A DNA stretch of 64,000 nt from an uncultured Bdellovibrionales bacterium (GTDB lineage Bacteria > Bdellovibrionota > Bdellovibrionia > Bdellovibrionales > SG-bin7). A program made the position numbers and the translations under genes. Positions 18,690-28,852 of this stretch are shown here, piece by piece. Below the pieces are notes generated by a model that worked only from the letters and a program-made list of their open reading frames with translations, was not told where the DNA came from and ran no database searches. The DNA lies in assembly GCA_964498095.1 (NCBI GenBank), contig CAZCFY010000001.1, positions 59,386 through 123,385 of the forward strand, given 5' to 3'. Position 1 is the stretch's first letter; each line of letters begins with the position of its first letter.

Positions 18690-21399
18690 AGTTTACTCGA
18701 TTGCTTCTTCTGGCTAAAAACTTCCTGACTTCTTCGGTCCAAAGAACCAAGCTTGCGACAGCTCCTATGGCCACAAATTGTGATAATTCAATCGGAACCG
18801 TATGAAAAAACCGGTTAAGTACCGGCCAATAAATTACGGCGAAGTGAAGTATATTGGCGATCACTAGGCCGCCTATGAGCCATGGATTTTTTAACACGTC
18901 CCGAGAAAAAACGGATTTAAAAGACGAACGGCAGTTTAAAACATTGAACCACTGGCAGACAGCTAAGACCGTAAAGGTTTCTGACTGTACTAAGCTTAAG
19001 GGGGCGCCGTGGTCGAGGCGATAAGTAAACCAACCTAACGTAGAAATAACGGATGCGACAATCATTAATGGCATTCGGGATAATAAGGCGCGGTCCAAGA
19101 GCGGTTGACTTGAAGGAACTGGCGGCCGCTGCATTTCATCACCCTCAGGAGGTTCCATTATTAAATTCACGGTTAATGCGCCTTCCGTCACTAGGTTGAT
19201 CCACAAAATTTGTACGGCGGCCAGGGGAGGGGGGTAACCCAAAATTAGCGCGAGAAAAAGAACTAGGACCTCATCTATCGAAGTTACGAACAAGAACAAA
19301 ATAAGTTTTCTAATATTTTGATATACGAGTCGCCCCTCAGAAATGGCGGCCACAATGGTAGCGAAGTTATCATCGGTAACTACGATTTTGGCCGCCTCTT
19401 TGGCCACTTCGGTACCCGTGATACCCATCGCCACCCCGACATTGGCGCGAACTAAAGCGGGAGCGTCATTAACGCCGTCTCCCGTCATGGCAACAGTTTC
19501 ACCTCTTTTTTGATATACCTCTACGATACGTAATTTCTGTGCTGGATGGACGCGGGCAAAGACATTTAGCCCATCAATCTTTGCGGCCAGTTGCTTTTCA
19601 TTTAGTCTTTCGAGTTCTTGACCGTCAATGACTTGTTGCTTTTGCTGACAAATTCCAAGAGTGCTTGCTACCGCAAATGCCGTAGCTTTATGGTCTCCAG
19701 TAATCATGACTGGCCGAATTCCCGCTGTTTTACAGGCGCTTACTGCTGCCGCGACTTCTTCGCGCGGCGGATCTAATTCGCCGATAAGCCCGAGAAGGGT
19801 AACTTTTCCCGAAAAAGGGGAAAAGCCTTTGCTTTCGTCGATCGGGATATCGCGCGCAAAACCAACGGCTAATAGTCGGAGTGCTCCGTCGGCCATTTTT
19901 TTTGCCGCCGACATCATTTTTTCTTTATGATCTTCAGTAATTCTTACGTTGCCACCGTTACTATAAACAGTGTCACAATATCCCAGCAGTGCCTCGGGAG
20001 CTCCTTTTAGAAAAACAAAAGTTTGGCCGGAAAGCACGTGCTCGGTAGCCATCATTTTACTTTCAGAGCTAAAGGCGAGTTCATTTATTCGCGGATATTG
20101 TTTTCGCAGTTCTTCGGTGTTGATGCCGCCCTTTGCAGCCAGGGTTAGAAGTGCTCCTTCCGTTGGATCGCCTACCATCCGCCAATGGGGGATTGAAGCG
20201 TCAGGCGCCACCAATTGCGAATCATTACATAAAACAGCGGCAATCAATAGTTGCTCTAAAGTTTGATCTTCACCTGGCGTTATTGTTTTGTTGTTTTCGA
20301 CGAACATACCTGAGGGCGCATAGCCTGCGCCAGTGACAGTGATTTCTCTGTTACCGTCCGGTAAAAAAAGAGAACTTACCGTCATTTCGTTGCGGGTGAG
20401 AGTGCCGGTTTTATCGGTACAAATAACCGTCGTTGAGCCGAGAGTCTCGACGGCCACCAGTTGTCTTACGACTGTTCCTCTCCGGGCCATTCTCTGTACG
20501 CCAACGGCGAGGGCAACCGTCAAGGCGACAGGTAAGCCCTCTGGAACCAACGAAACCATTTGGCTTATGGCAATCATAAAAATTTGCGTAAACGAAATTC
20601 CACGAAGAAGTCCAATGAAGATAACGATAAAAAAGACTATCACGGCGGCAGCCACAAGAATTTTACCGAACTGTTGAATGCGCAATTCAAGCTGAGTTTT
20701 TGGTTGTATTGTTGTTGTCGTTAACTCAGCAATTTTGCCAATCTCATTTTTCACTCCGGTCGCGGTGACAACCGCGACGGCGCGGCCAGCGGTTACGTGT
20801 GTGCCGGCAAAAATCATATTCACGCGGTCAGCGATGGAAGTACTTTTGGGAAGTGGGCCGATCATTTTGCTAATTGGCAAAGATTCTCCAGTGAGTGCTG
20901 CCTCGGCCGTGGCGAGACCCGAAGCCTCAATTAGCCGCGCATCGGCAGCTACGGCATCGCCGGCGCTGAGAATAAGAATATCGCCCGGTACTACGTGAGA
21001 AGCATCGATAGTCTTTTCGTGACCGCCGCGCAAAGCTCTCGCCTTTAGTTTCGCCAACCGTCGCAGAGACTCCATGGATTGTTCGGCGCGGCCCTCCTGA
21101 TAGGCGCCTATCGCCGCGTTTAGTATCACTACAACAAGAATTACGATGGAATCTTTAGCCTCGCCGATAAAAATGGCGATTCCCGCCGCGACTAACAACA
21201 GATAGATGAGTGGGCTTAAGAATTGCCGAAAAAATATGGATAAGATAGTACGGCGTTGGGTTGCGGGTAACTCATTGGGACCATATTGTAATAAACGTTC
21301 TTTAGCTTCCGCGTGCGTTAGTCCCTGTGACCTATCGGAAGCTAGATGTGCAATAACCTGTGCTGAATCTAAAGAATGCCAGTGCACTTCTTTGGACAT
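18679..21399 (-). CDS. Cation-transporting P-type ATPase (P2A/Ca2+-like)
   Basis: LTGES, VPEGLP, DKTGTLT, KGAPE, MITGDH, TGDGVNDAPAL, QILWINLVTE. Confidence 0.95.
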   Translation of the reverse strand: MSKEVHWHSLDSAQVIAHLASDRSQGLTHAEAKERLLQYGPNELPATQRRTILSIFFRQFLSPLIYLLLVAAGIAIFIGEAKDSIVILVVVILNAAIGAYQEGRAEQSMESLRRLAKLKARALRGGHEKTIDASHVVPGDILILSAGDAVAADARLIEASGLATAEAALTGESLPISKMIGPLPKSTSIADRVNMIFAGTHVTAGRAVAVVTATGVKNEIGKIAELTTTTIQPKTQLELRIQQFGKILVAAAVIVFFIVIFIGLLRGISFTQIFMIAISQMVSLVPEGLPVALTVALAVGVQRMARRGTVVRQLVAVETLGSTTVICTDKTGTLTRNEMTVSSLFLPDGNREITVTGAGYAPSGMFVENNKTITPGEDQTLEQLLIAAVLCNDSQLVAPDASIPHWRMVGDPTEGALLTLAAKGGINTEELRKQYPRINELAFSSESKMMATEHVLSGQTFVFLKGAPEALLGYCDTVYSNGGNVRITEDHKEKMMSAAKKMADGALRLLAVGFARDIPIDESKGFSPFSGKVTLLGLIGELDPPREEVAAAVSACKTAGIRPVMITGDHKATAFAVASTLGICQQKQQVIDGQELERLNEKQLAAKIDGLNVFARVHPAQKLRIVEVYQKRGETVAMTGDGVNDAPALVRANVGVAMGITGTEVAKEAAKIVVTDDNFATIVAAISEGRLVYQNIRKLILFLFVTSIDEVLVLFLALILGYPPPLAAVQILWINLVTEGALTVNLIMEPPEGDEMQRPPVPSSQPLLDRALLSRMPLMIVASVISTLGWFTYRLDHGAPLSLVQSETFTVLAVCQWFNVLNCRSSFKSVFSRDVLKNPWLIGGLVIANILHFAVIYWPVLNRFFHTVPIELSQFVAIGAVASLVLWTEEVRKFLARRSNRVNYGS

Positions 21400-21476
21400 G
21401 AGTTTACCTCTAAATTAATCCATACTCGGCAGCAAACTTATGTCAAGCGTTGGCGAATTGGCACCGCCAGGGAAAG

Positions 21477-23276
21477 TTAAGTTTTCTTTTCTAATTCTGC
21501 CCAACGTGCATACTTTTTGTCTAATTCATCTTGCAGGCGGGCGATTTCCAGGTGCAGTTCCGTTAGCCTTTTTGCATTGCTCTGAACTTCGGGGGATTCA
21601 CTTTCTTTTTTTAGGGGTTCTAGCGTTGCCTCAAGTTTTAAAATAGCTTTCTCCATGTTTTCTAATTCGAATTTTTCGTTAAAAGAAAGTTTTTGCTTTT
21701 TGGCGGAGGTCTTAACGGCGATGGACTCGGCCTTAACTGCGGCGGCAATGTTTCTTGATTCCTCAACAAACCAGTTCTCCCACTGTTCATAGTTAGCAAA
21801 ACTAATAAGCTCGCGCGAGCGGCTCTCTTTAAGCGGAAATCCCAAAATTTTATTGGCAACCGAATCCATAAAATAGCGGTCGTGAGTGACTAAAATGACA
21901 GCTCCGGGAAAGTCTTTAAGAGCGGACTCTAAAATATTTAATGTTTCGATGTCTAAATCATTTGTCGGCTCGTCGAGCACTAATACGTTTGCGTCTTCAA
22001 GCATCAACTGAGCGATGCGTAGTCGCGCCTGCTCGCCGCCAGATAACCGATAAACCTCCAGTCCGGCGCGATCACCAAAGAATAAAAAACGGTCCAAATA
22101 GCTGCGTATATGAACCTTTTGACCGCGAAAATCGACGTAATCGCCGTCGGGACAAATATTCTTTAAAACCGTTTTCTTGGGATCGAGCGTTTGTTTGTTT
22201 TGTTCAAAATAAGCGAATTTTAAGGCGTCGGCATGTTTTACCTGGCCACGCGTGGGCGTTTCCACACCCAAAAGTACGCGGATTAAAGTTGATTTTCCCA
22301 TACCATTATCACCCATAAGGGCTAAGCGGGTAGTGGGACCGATTAATAGATCGAGATTTGAAAACAGCAGTCGGCCGTCATAGTTTTTTTCAATTTGCTG
22401 AGCTTCAATTAATTTTTTGGGCGACTTAAAGCCGTCGCCAAACTCAATGCCAACATCTTGGCGCAAGTTACGCGCGCTGATATCGGCCACGGTATCGGCC
22501 AGTTTATGTGTTGCTTCAATTCGCGCACTTTGTTTTGTTTGACGGGCCTTAGCTCCGCGGCGCAGCCACTCTACTTCGCGGCGTAAAGTGTTCTTTAAGA
22601 CCTGTTCCTGTCTTTGGCTGGCAAGCATGAGCTGATCTTTAGTTTCCAAATACTGAACATAATCGCCGCCGACATCCAAAAGATAATTTGGATTCTGCGG
22701 ACTTAAGTCCATGATACGCGTGGCAACACGCTGTAAAAATAGACGGTCATGGGTAATCATGAAAACGGTAAATTTAGCGTTCTTTAAAAATTCCTCTAGC
22801 CAAATAATACTACTGACGTCCAAATGATTGGTCGGTTCATCAAGAAATAAGAGATCAGGCGCCAAAATAAGTTCGCGAGCTAGAGCCACGCGCTTTTGCC
22901 AGCCGCCGGAAAGCTGACTTACCAAGAAATCTTCGCCGTACTCGGCAAGTCCCAACTTGGCGATAAGCTCATAGGCCTCAGCCATATGGTCGTATTGATC
23001 TTTACATTTGCCAAGAACCGCCGAAAGAACTGTATCATCCTTTTTAAATACCGGTGACTGCTCAAGGTAACCTGTCTTTAATCCTTTTTTAAAAGTAATA
23101 TCGCCTTCGTCACAGTCGCTTTCTTTTAACAAAATTTTTACTAACGTGGATTTCCCAGCCCCATTCGGGCCAAGTAGCCCAATACGGTCACCTTCTTCGA
23201 CACCGAAGCTGATGTTTTTAAATAATGTCTTACTGGCAAAGGATTTCGCAAGTTTATTGGCACTAAGAAGGAGCAT
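21477..23276 (-). CDS. uup: ABC-F family ATPase (Uup-like)
   Basis: Two ABC cassettes (GPNGAGKS, LSGG, LDEPTNHLD; GDNGMGKS, LDEPTNDLD), no TM domain, Uup-type coiled-coil CTD ending ARWAELE. Confidence 0.88.
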   Translation of the reverse strand: MLLLSANKLAKSFASKTLFKNISFGVEEGDRIGLLGPNGAGKSTLVKILLKESDCDEGDITFKKGLKTGYLEQSPVFKKDDTVLSAVLGKCKDQYDHMAEAYELIAKLGLAEYGEDFLVSQLSGGWQKRVALARELILAPDLLFLDEPTNHLDVSSIIWLEEFLKNAKFTVFMITHDRLFLQRVATRIMDLSPQNPNYLLDVGGDYVQYLETKDQLMLASQRQEQVLKNTLRREVEWLRRGAKARQTKQSARIEATHKLADTVADISARNLRQDVGIEFGDGFKSPKKLIEAQQIEKNYDGRLLFSNLDLLIGPTTRLALMGDNGMGKSTLIRVLLGVETPTRGQVKHADALKFAYFEQNKQTLDPKKTVLKNICPDGDYVDFRGQKVHIRSYLDRFLFFGDRAGLEVYRLSGGEQARLRIAQLMLEDANVLVLDEPTNDLDIETLNILESALKDFPGAVILVTHDRYFMDSVANKILGFPLKESRSRELISFANYEQWENWFVEESRNIAAAVKAESIAVKTSAKKQKLSFNEKFELENMEKAILKLEATLEPLKKESESPEVQSNAKRLTELHLEIARLQDELDKKYARWAELEKKT

Positions 23277-23341
23277 GGGGGGAGTTTAAATAGGCAAGCG
23301 AGCGATGTCTAGAGAAATTGAAATCTTAAGCGTAATTAGGC

Positions 23342-24826
23342 TCACGAAGCTTTTTTTAGCCGGTATTTTGTGGCCCGGCCACGCCCTGTTTTTTCCAAAA
23401 TCTCATTTTCCACGGCCTCTTTCAGATAACGGTTAGTCGTCGCGGGCGAAACTCCAAAAAGTAGTGTGACTTCATTGGCCGTAAAAAAGTTTGGACCCAT
23501 CTTCTTTTTTAAATCGCCAAAGAATTGCTCATGGATATTTTCGAGGGCTGCGGTTTGCAATGTTAACTTTAAATTATAGGGATTTTCTGAGGACAGATAG
23601 TATTCTCCGAATCTTTCGGATATTGAAAACTTCACTTCATTTTCTTTGAGCCAATTGCGCGCGCGGTTGATAGTATCATGCACTCGGTGAGCCGACGTTG
23701 TAATGGTTAAGTATTCATTGGGAAAAAGTAATGAAAACAAAGTTTCTGTCTTTAAGGTTTTGTAGATATCAGTGGCCAGCGCCAACAGCACGCGGTGAGT
23801 GCTAGTCCCTTTTTTTAAGCGGTTTCCGCTTACGAGATCTATGCCGTCGGCGAGATCGAAACAGGAATCTGTGGGGGAGTCTGGGCCAATTGGCCATAAA
23901 TACTCATTGCCTAATTCAATCGGGCCGTTCCATTTTTTAAGCGCGCGCTTTCGATAGTCGGGATAAGGCGTGCCAAAATAAACACGGCGGAAGAGTTTTA
24001 CATTTTTGGTCGCGACGGCTTCCAAGAGTTCGCATTCGCGCATGACCTCAGGTAAGCGCTTCTCTTTAGCGACATTGAGGACTGCGCGCAGACGCTCGGC
24101 ATTTCCTGTTTTCTGCAGTTCAATATTGGCGCAGTTTCTTTCCACATAAATATTGTAGCGGTAATGGGCGGTGCCTATCGCGGTTTCAATTTGCTTTAAG
24201 ACTTGTTCTGCTTCCGCGAAATTTCTTAATTCAATATGCGCCTCGGCCAGGGTTTGTAAAGCATTGCCCAAAATTAGGTGATAGTTATTTTCTTTTGAAA
24301 CTCTTATTACTTCATTTAAAACTTCGACTGACTTTTCTGGACTTCCGTTGACGATATAGGCTTGAACGAGGTTAATAATTCCAATGAGTCGTTCGTAGCC
24401 GGGTAGGTTTTCGGCGCTGACATATTGTTCGAGTAAAACTTGGGCCGCTTGATATTCCCAGTGACCAAAATGGGTAAATGCAAGGTAGAGCTTGTGTTCG
24501 GGACAGGCAACGGCAAGAGGGGAAGACAAAACGCGGCGGGCCTCGGCCACAACACCAAGGCGGAATAAGCAAATTCCATACTCTACCAGTTCTTGGGGGG
24601 TCGGCGCATCGTGGGCGAATTTGTTTTTGGGCCGCACGATGGGATTTAGAATCTTAAAAGCCAGGCGATGATATCCCACTCGCCGAGCCATGTTGGCATA
24701 AGGTAGCGCGAACTCGCGCGGTAATTTGCTTGTCTCTAAACAGTCCAAATGTTTTTGTACTTCTTGGATGTTCCCGGTTTTGAGTAAGCGATCTAATTCT
24801 TGTAGATTTTTCTGGCGCGCGGGCAT
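23342..24826 (-). CDS. TPR-like helical protein with C-terminal winged-helix DNA-binding domains
   Basis: Helical repeats. LFSLLFPNE...HRVHDTINRARNWL (OmpR-like wHTH). C-terminal VTLLFGVSPATTNRYL...GRGRATKY (HTH). Confidence 0.7.
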   Translation of the reverse strand: MPARQKNLQELDRLLKTGNIQEVQKHLDCLETSKLPREFALPYANMARRVGYHRLAFKILNPIVRPKNKFAHDAPTPQELVEYGICLFRLGVVAEARRVLSSPLAVACPEHKLYLAFTHFGHWEYQAAQVLLEQYVSAENLPGYERLIGIINLVQAYIVNGSPEKSVEVLNEVIRVSKENNYHLILGNALQTLAEAHIELRNFAEAEQVLKQIETAIGTAHYRYNIYVERNCANIELQKTGNAERLRAVLNVAKEKRLPEVMRECELLEAVATKNVKLFRRVYFGTPYPDYRKRALKKWNGPIELGNEYLWPIGPDSPTDSCFDLADGIDLVSGNRLKKGTSTHRVLLALATDIYKTLKTETLFSLLFPNEYLTITTSAHRVHDTINRARNWLKENEVKFSISERFGEYYLSSENPYNLKLTLQTAALENIHEQFFGDLKKKMGPNFFTANEVTLLFGVSPATTNRYLKEAVENEILEKTGRGRATKYRLKKAS

Positions 24827-24832
24827 TCATTT

Positions 24833-24840
24833 ATATCGGA
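24833..24840 (-). promoter_or_regulatory. Sigma28-like -10 element TCCGATAT, 6 nt before the ATG at 24826
   Basis: Resembles GCCGATAA. No clear -35. Confidence 0.45.
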
Positions 24841-24916
24841 AATTGTCGCCATTGAGCATAGAGTAAATTCTCAAAACGAAACGTTTTCTCCTCAAAAATC
24901 CGAGCCAAAATCGGCT

Positions 24917-24943
24917 CAAATAGGAGCAAGATTTTACCGATAA
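24917..24943 (+). promoter_or_regulatory. Sigma28-like promoter CAAA-N15-ACCGATAA
   Basis: Matches TAAA-N15-GCCGATAA spacing. 6 nt before ATG 24950. Confidence 0.55.
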
Positions 24944-24949
24944 GGACGT

Positions 24950-26359
24950 ATGTCCAGTCCGCAGAAATTTCCCTCATATTTTGGCGCGTTACTTCTTCTG
25001 GGATTGGTCATTTTTAATTTCCAAAACTGTTCATTATTTGATTCGCCGGTAAATTTTAAAGAAAGTCATGAGATCATTCAAAGCCGCGGTAATGGCGACG
25101 GACTCGACGGAAAACCAGAGCCTGGTGAGTATGTGCGTACGCTGGCGGACTTTTCTTGCGAACAAGTTCGCGGAGAGCAGGCGCTAATTAACGTCGATGT
25201 CCAAACGGGCCTACTTGTTAAAGACAATTGTCAAAATGTGAATTTTCAGTTTTCGCTCAATGATCCCGGACTCTCATTCGAATTTTATAATCCCACTTAT
25301 TTTACTTTTGCCGGGGGTATATTTGAAAAAATAGATCCCAAAATCGTGTTGCAGCCCACGCAAGCCTTTTGCCGCTTTAAGGACAGCACCAAAGGCGTCG
25401 ATGCCATTATAAAATCGGATTCAGAAGGCAGCCTCCTAAGTGCCCGCATTATTATGGGGGAATATTCAAGTCAGATAATCCGCTATATCGATTACCCTGC
25501 CATGAACAAGTCAGTTAGTGGCACCTCCACGGATTTTCAGAGTAACGATGATAGCCTTGTTATCAAAATTAATGGCGCGCCGGCGGAATATAAAAATCTC
25601 TCCGGCCAGATTGTTTCAGTAATTGACGGTGAGCCTCGTCAATACTCTGTGATTTGTCAAAAAATGAGTGAAGAACCGCTGTTAAAAATGGACCCTTCGG
25701 GTCTTGTAGCTTATTATAAATTTGACGTCGATACCATTATTGACGGAAATGTAATCATTGATTCCAAAGGAAATAATGCCGGAACCGTAGCTGCGGGCAC
25801 CGGCGATACTGCAAATAAATCCCTAGCGGGTATTGTCGGGCGGGCAATGTCCTTTGACGGAGTTGATGACCTCGTCAATATGGGAAATGTTTTGGATATG
25901 ACTACCAATGATTTCTCACTTAGTTTTTGGATGAGCGCTCCCGATACAACTATTGCCCGCACACTCTTAGGCAAACGGTGGGACTTAGGTGGTGGAACGC
26001 CCGGTTGGAATATTGTCTTTTCACCTAGTTTCCGCATTACTGGAAGACTTTCGGATGGCACAACAACAAGTCAAGGCGGTGCGGGGATTGTCCTCCCCAA
26101 CGCACAATTCCATCACGTCGTCATCGTACATGACCGCTTAGGTACCGGGGAAACTATTTATTATCTCGACGGCACGGAAGTTAGCCGCTTTGATATAAGT
26201 TCGCTGGGGAATATCTCTTATGCGGGGAGTTTTCTTCTTGGTTCCGCTAACGCCCCTGGCTCAACCTTTCAAGGTTCTTTAGACGAAGTTTCTATCTGGC
26301 GGCGCGCCTTATCGGCGACAGATGTCCAAGCGCTATTTACGAACTTGGGGATCTACTAA
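24950..26359 (+). CDS. LamG-like jellyroll domain lipoprotein
   Basis: FNFQNC signal, GNGDGLDGKP. C-terminal LVAYYKFD...SFDGVDD...FSLSFW...FHHVV...F.GSLDEVSIW.RALS. Confidence 0.85.
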   Translation: MSSPQKFPSYFGALLLLGLVIFNFQNCSLFDSPVNFKESHEIIQSRGNGDGLDGKPEPGEYVRTLADFSCEQVRGEQALINVDVQTGLLVKDNCQNVNFQFSLNDPGLSFEFYNPTYFTFAGGIFEKIDPKIVLQPTQAFCRFKDSTKGVDAIIKSDSEGSLLSARIIMGEYSSQIIRYIDYPAMNKSVSGTSTDFQSNDDSLVIKINGAPAEYKNLSGQIVSVIDGEPRQYSVICQKMSEEPLLKMDPSGLVAYYKFDVDTIIDGNVIIDSKGNNAGTVAAGTGDTANKSLAGIVGRAMSFDGVDDLVNMGNVLDMTTNDFSLSFWMSAPDTTIARTLLGKRWDLGGGTPGWNIVFSPSFRITGRLSDGTTTSQGGAGIVLPNAQFHHVVIVHDRLGTGETIYYLDGTEVSRFDISSLGNISYAGSFLLGSANAPGSTFQGSLDEVSIWRRALSATDVQALFTNLGIY

Positions 26360-26471
26360 GCTCACTTACCGTTGTAGCAGGAATTCCCGCACCAAAACTC
26401 TCAGTTTGTAAAAGTTTCACGCTCACATCTAAAAATGGAGATTGGCGTCAAGTCCGCGTAATATATGCGTT

Positions 26472-26831
26472 ATGATTCAATATACTTTCGCTGTTGGTTT
26501 TTTACTTTGGGCAAGTTTAGTTTCGGCAAATGGGGACACGCTTTATTGCAGCGCCAGCTTCAATAACGGCGCTAATAATGTCGTGATAAACCTCACAAAA
26601 AAAGAAGATGGCTCTTACGCAGGTAAAATCGATGATACTTTTTTATTTATTGCGACTCCCGAACAAGCCGATGCCAACCATAAAGTGCTGACTCTTTCCA
26701 TTGCCAGTCTCAACGATCATATTGACCTCTCTACGCAAGCGACAAGCGTTTATCCTCTGCCTGATCATAACAGCGAATTAAAGGCGGGCTTATCAGTAGG
26801 TACTGTTCACGTATCATGCGGTGTGGAGTAA
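26472..26831 (+). CDS. Secreted hypothetical protein
   Basis: Signal peptide ending VSA. N- and C-terminal Cys. Confidence 0.65.
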   Translation: MIQYTFAVGFLLWASLVSANGDTLYCSASFNNGANNVVINLTKKEDGSYAGKIDDTFLFIATPEQADANHKVLTLSIASLNDHIDLSTQATSVYPLPDHNSELKAGLSVGTVHVSCGVE

Positions 26832-26841
26832 ACTCTTGAAG

Positions 26842-27171
26842 CTATCGAGACATTTCGCATTCGACACTACTCGATTTATCTTCTCCAGAAGCGCGATAGT
26901 AAGAACCACGTTCATTAAATGTCAGCCAACCTTCTTTTGAAATGAAAGATACATAGGTCGAATTATCTGTAGACACTTTATAGACTCTGCTGACAGAGGT
27001 TTCGCCTTCGACTGTGTATTTGATAGCAGAGCGTTTAGAATTAAGTACTATCGAAATATTATCGTCTGCAAAGCAAGTAACAACACGATGGCTATTAAGT
27101 ACGGACATAGGTTTCAAGATTGCTGCTTGTGCTGAATTGCAGACTACCATTAAAAAAATAATTTTCTTCAT
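26842..27171 (-). CDS. Secreted hypothetical protein
   Basis: GGAG RBS, MKK signal peptide, Cys pair. Confidence 0.65.
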   Translation of the reverse strand: MKKIIFLMVVCNSAQAAILKPMSVLNSHRVVTCFADDNISIVLNSKRSAIKYTVEGETSVSRVYKVSTDNSTYVSFISKEGWLTFNERGSYYRASGEDKSSSVECEMSR

Positions 27172-27540
27172 TAGAATTGCTCCTGTTTGCTAAGTCGTAG
27201 GATATATTTCATGAAGAATTTAGATTCAAATTGGAATTCGCCACCTTGAAATTAATACTGACTAGTACTAAATTTCGAAAGGCCTAGCTCAGCTCGATTT
27301 TACGCCGGCTTCTGGCGGCTCTTAGGGAGCCTTAAAAGCATGATTAAACTATAGCGTGATACTCCGCCCATTTGCCTTCACAGGGCGGTTTTTCTAAGCT
27401 GTAACCTCGCTGACAGAAATTACCTTGGCTTTAAACTTCCGCCAATCTATCGCCCCGAAGTTTATAAAATTAAATCCTCGGCATTGGCGTTAAATTCGCT
27501 TCAAAGCGAGAGCTTCGGCACAAACGGCGGAGAGCTAAAA

Positions 27541-27972
27541 CTAGGGGCAAGTTCGGGCGACAGCTACCACACTTCGTTCGCCGTCTTTTCCGCCCAAAGC
27601 GTCTGCAATGGCCTTGCGCAACGGCGAACCATCTCTAGCGGAAATTTCAAACCCATCAAGGTAGGCGCCCGGCATCAATCTAACCCGTAAAACATTGTGG
27701 CTGACGGACTCAATTGGTTTTGCTTTATCCGAGAAAACATAATTGAGGCTCACTTTTTCTAGTAATTGAATCAATGGACGCGCGGTATACCTATCGGATC
27801 TGATCTCGATGGCGCATAAACCCGACATCTTTTTCCCGGGGTAAGCAACCATGAGATCCACACTTGGGCGCTCATCATTAAGATCAAACACATTCGTATT
27901 TTCGAGATATACCGAATCCGCGCTAGCCGTGGCGCTCACCAGAAGAACAGTCGTTAAAATTATTTTTTTCAT
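27541..27972 (-). CDS. Secreted hypothetical protein
   Basis: GGAGG RBS, MKK signal peptide ending ASA. Confidence 0.7.
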   Translation of the reverse strand: MKKIILTTVLLVSATASADSVYLENTNVFDLNDERPSVDLMVAYPGKKMSGLCAIEIRSDRYTARPLIQLLEKVSLNYVFSDKAKPIESVSHNVLRVRLMPGAYLDGFEISARDGSPLRKAIADALGGKDGERSVVAVARTCP

Positions 27973-28052
27973 ACGTAACCTCCGCGGATATTCTTAGCGT
28001 TAACGAGGTCATAAATAAAATAATTAAATAGCGTGAGTGTAATAGAAAATAT

Positions 28053-28646
28053 TTATAGATTAACCGTATAAATTGATCTTTCGGCATTGGGATTACTTAA
28101 CCAATGTGGGCCCTGCCTACTAAAGCCAGCGCGTTTAAATCCATGAGTTAACCCTGGCCAGATGACGTCTTGTTTGTGTTTTTCAAGGGCGCTTTCGTCA
28201 AAGGAGTAACCTTCAATAATTTTCCAACCCTGATCTTTTCCGTAGACTTTTAGTGCTTCTAAAATTTTAGCCTGCATTTCCTGACCGCGGAATTTATCTA
28301 ATATAGTAAAGCACGTGATACCGGCCACTTCTTTTGCCTCGCTGCCGACGGCAATTGTGCGCTTCCACGTCCAGTGAAAGTCAGTCAAAGGCCCCACTGA
28401 CAGCCACGCCAGCAGTTCATTTTCAATATAGGCTAAAACACCAACATGAAAACCTGAACGCATTTTTTCAAATACGATCTGACGATTTTTTTCTGGAGTT
28501 TCCTTTTGGCATTTTTCCCAGTCGGCCATCGATTGCCATTTTTGATGCCAAAACGAACAATAACATCTGCCATGGGCTTGTTTACAGGTTAGGGTTTCAT
28601 AATCGGGGAAATTTGTTTCATTTAGTCGTTCAATGCGAATGTTCAT
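28053..28646 (-). CDS. GNAT-family acetyltransferase
   Basis: ITCFTILDKFRGQEM...IIEGY (motif A-like), W.G....F.RAGF, N-terminal CYCSFW. Confidence 0.75.
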   Translation of the reverse strand: MNIRIERLNETNFPDYETLTCKQAHGRCYCSFWHQKWQSMADWEKCQKETPEKNRQIVFEKMRSGFHVGVLAYIENELLAWLSVGPLTDFHWTWKRTIAVGSEAKEVAGITCFTILDKFRGQEMQAKILEALKVYGKDQGWKIIEGYSFDESALEKHKQDVIWPGLTHGFKRAGFSRQGPHWLSNPNAERSIYTVNL

Positions 28647-28852
28647 AGGTGCACAGGTATTTCATATTATTAAGAAGTTGGCATTATGTTTCAGCTCACA
28701 AGTTTTGTAATTCTCATTCGCTTTGTTTCCCGGGGTAAGGACAGGGGCCTACATAGGTGGCGAAAAATGTTATGCTATTTCCAAAAATGGAGTTAGTGGG
28801 AGGCGAGAGAGAAGACAGAGCAGCCGAGAATTGAATATCTGGTCAAGAATCA

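Noticed and set aside
19661-21418. Multiple plus-strand ORFs opposite the P-type ATPase, and similar ones opposite other long genes
   Set aside because: Antisense shadow ORFs with no independent features.
27364-27394. CCGCCC-N13-GGGCGG-TTTTT hairpin as a riboswitch or sRNA terminator
   Set aside because: There is no upstream plus-strand gene or recognisable aptamer, and the loop is long. Too weak to call.
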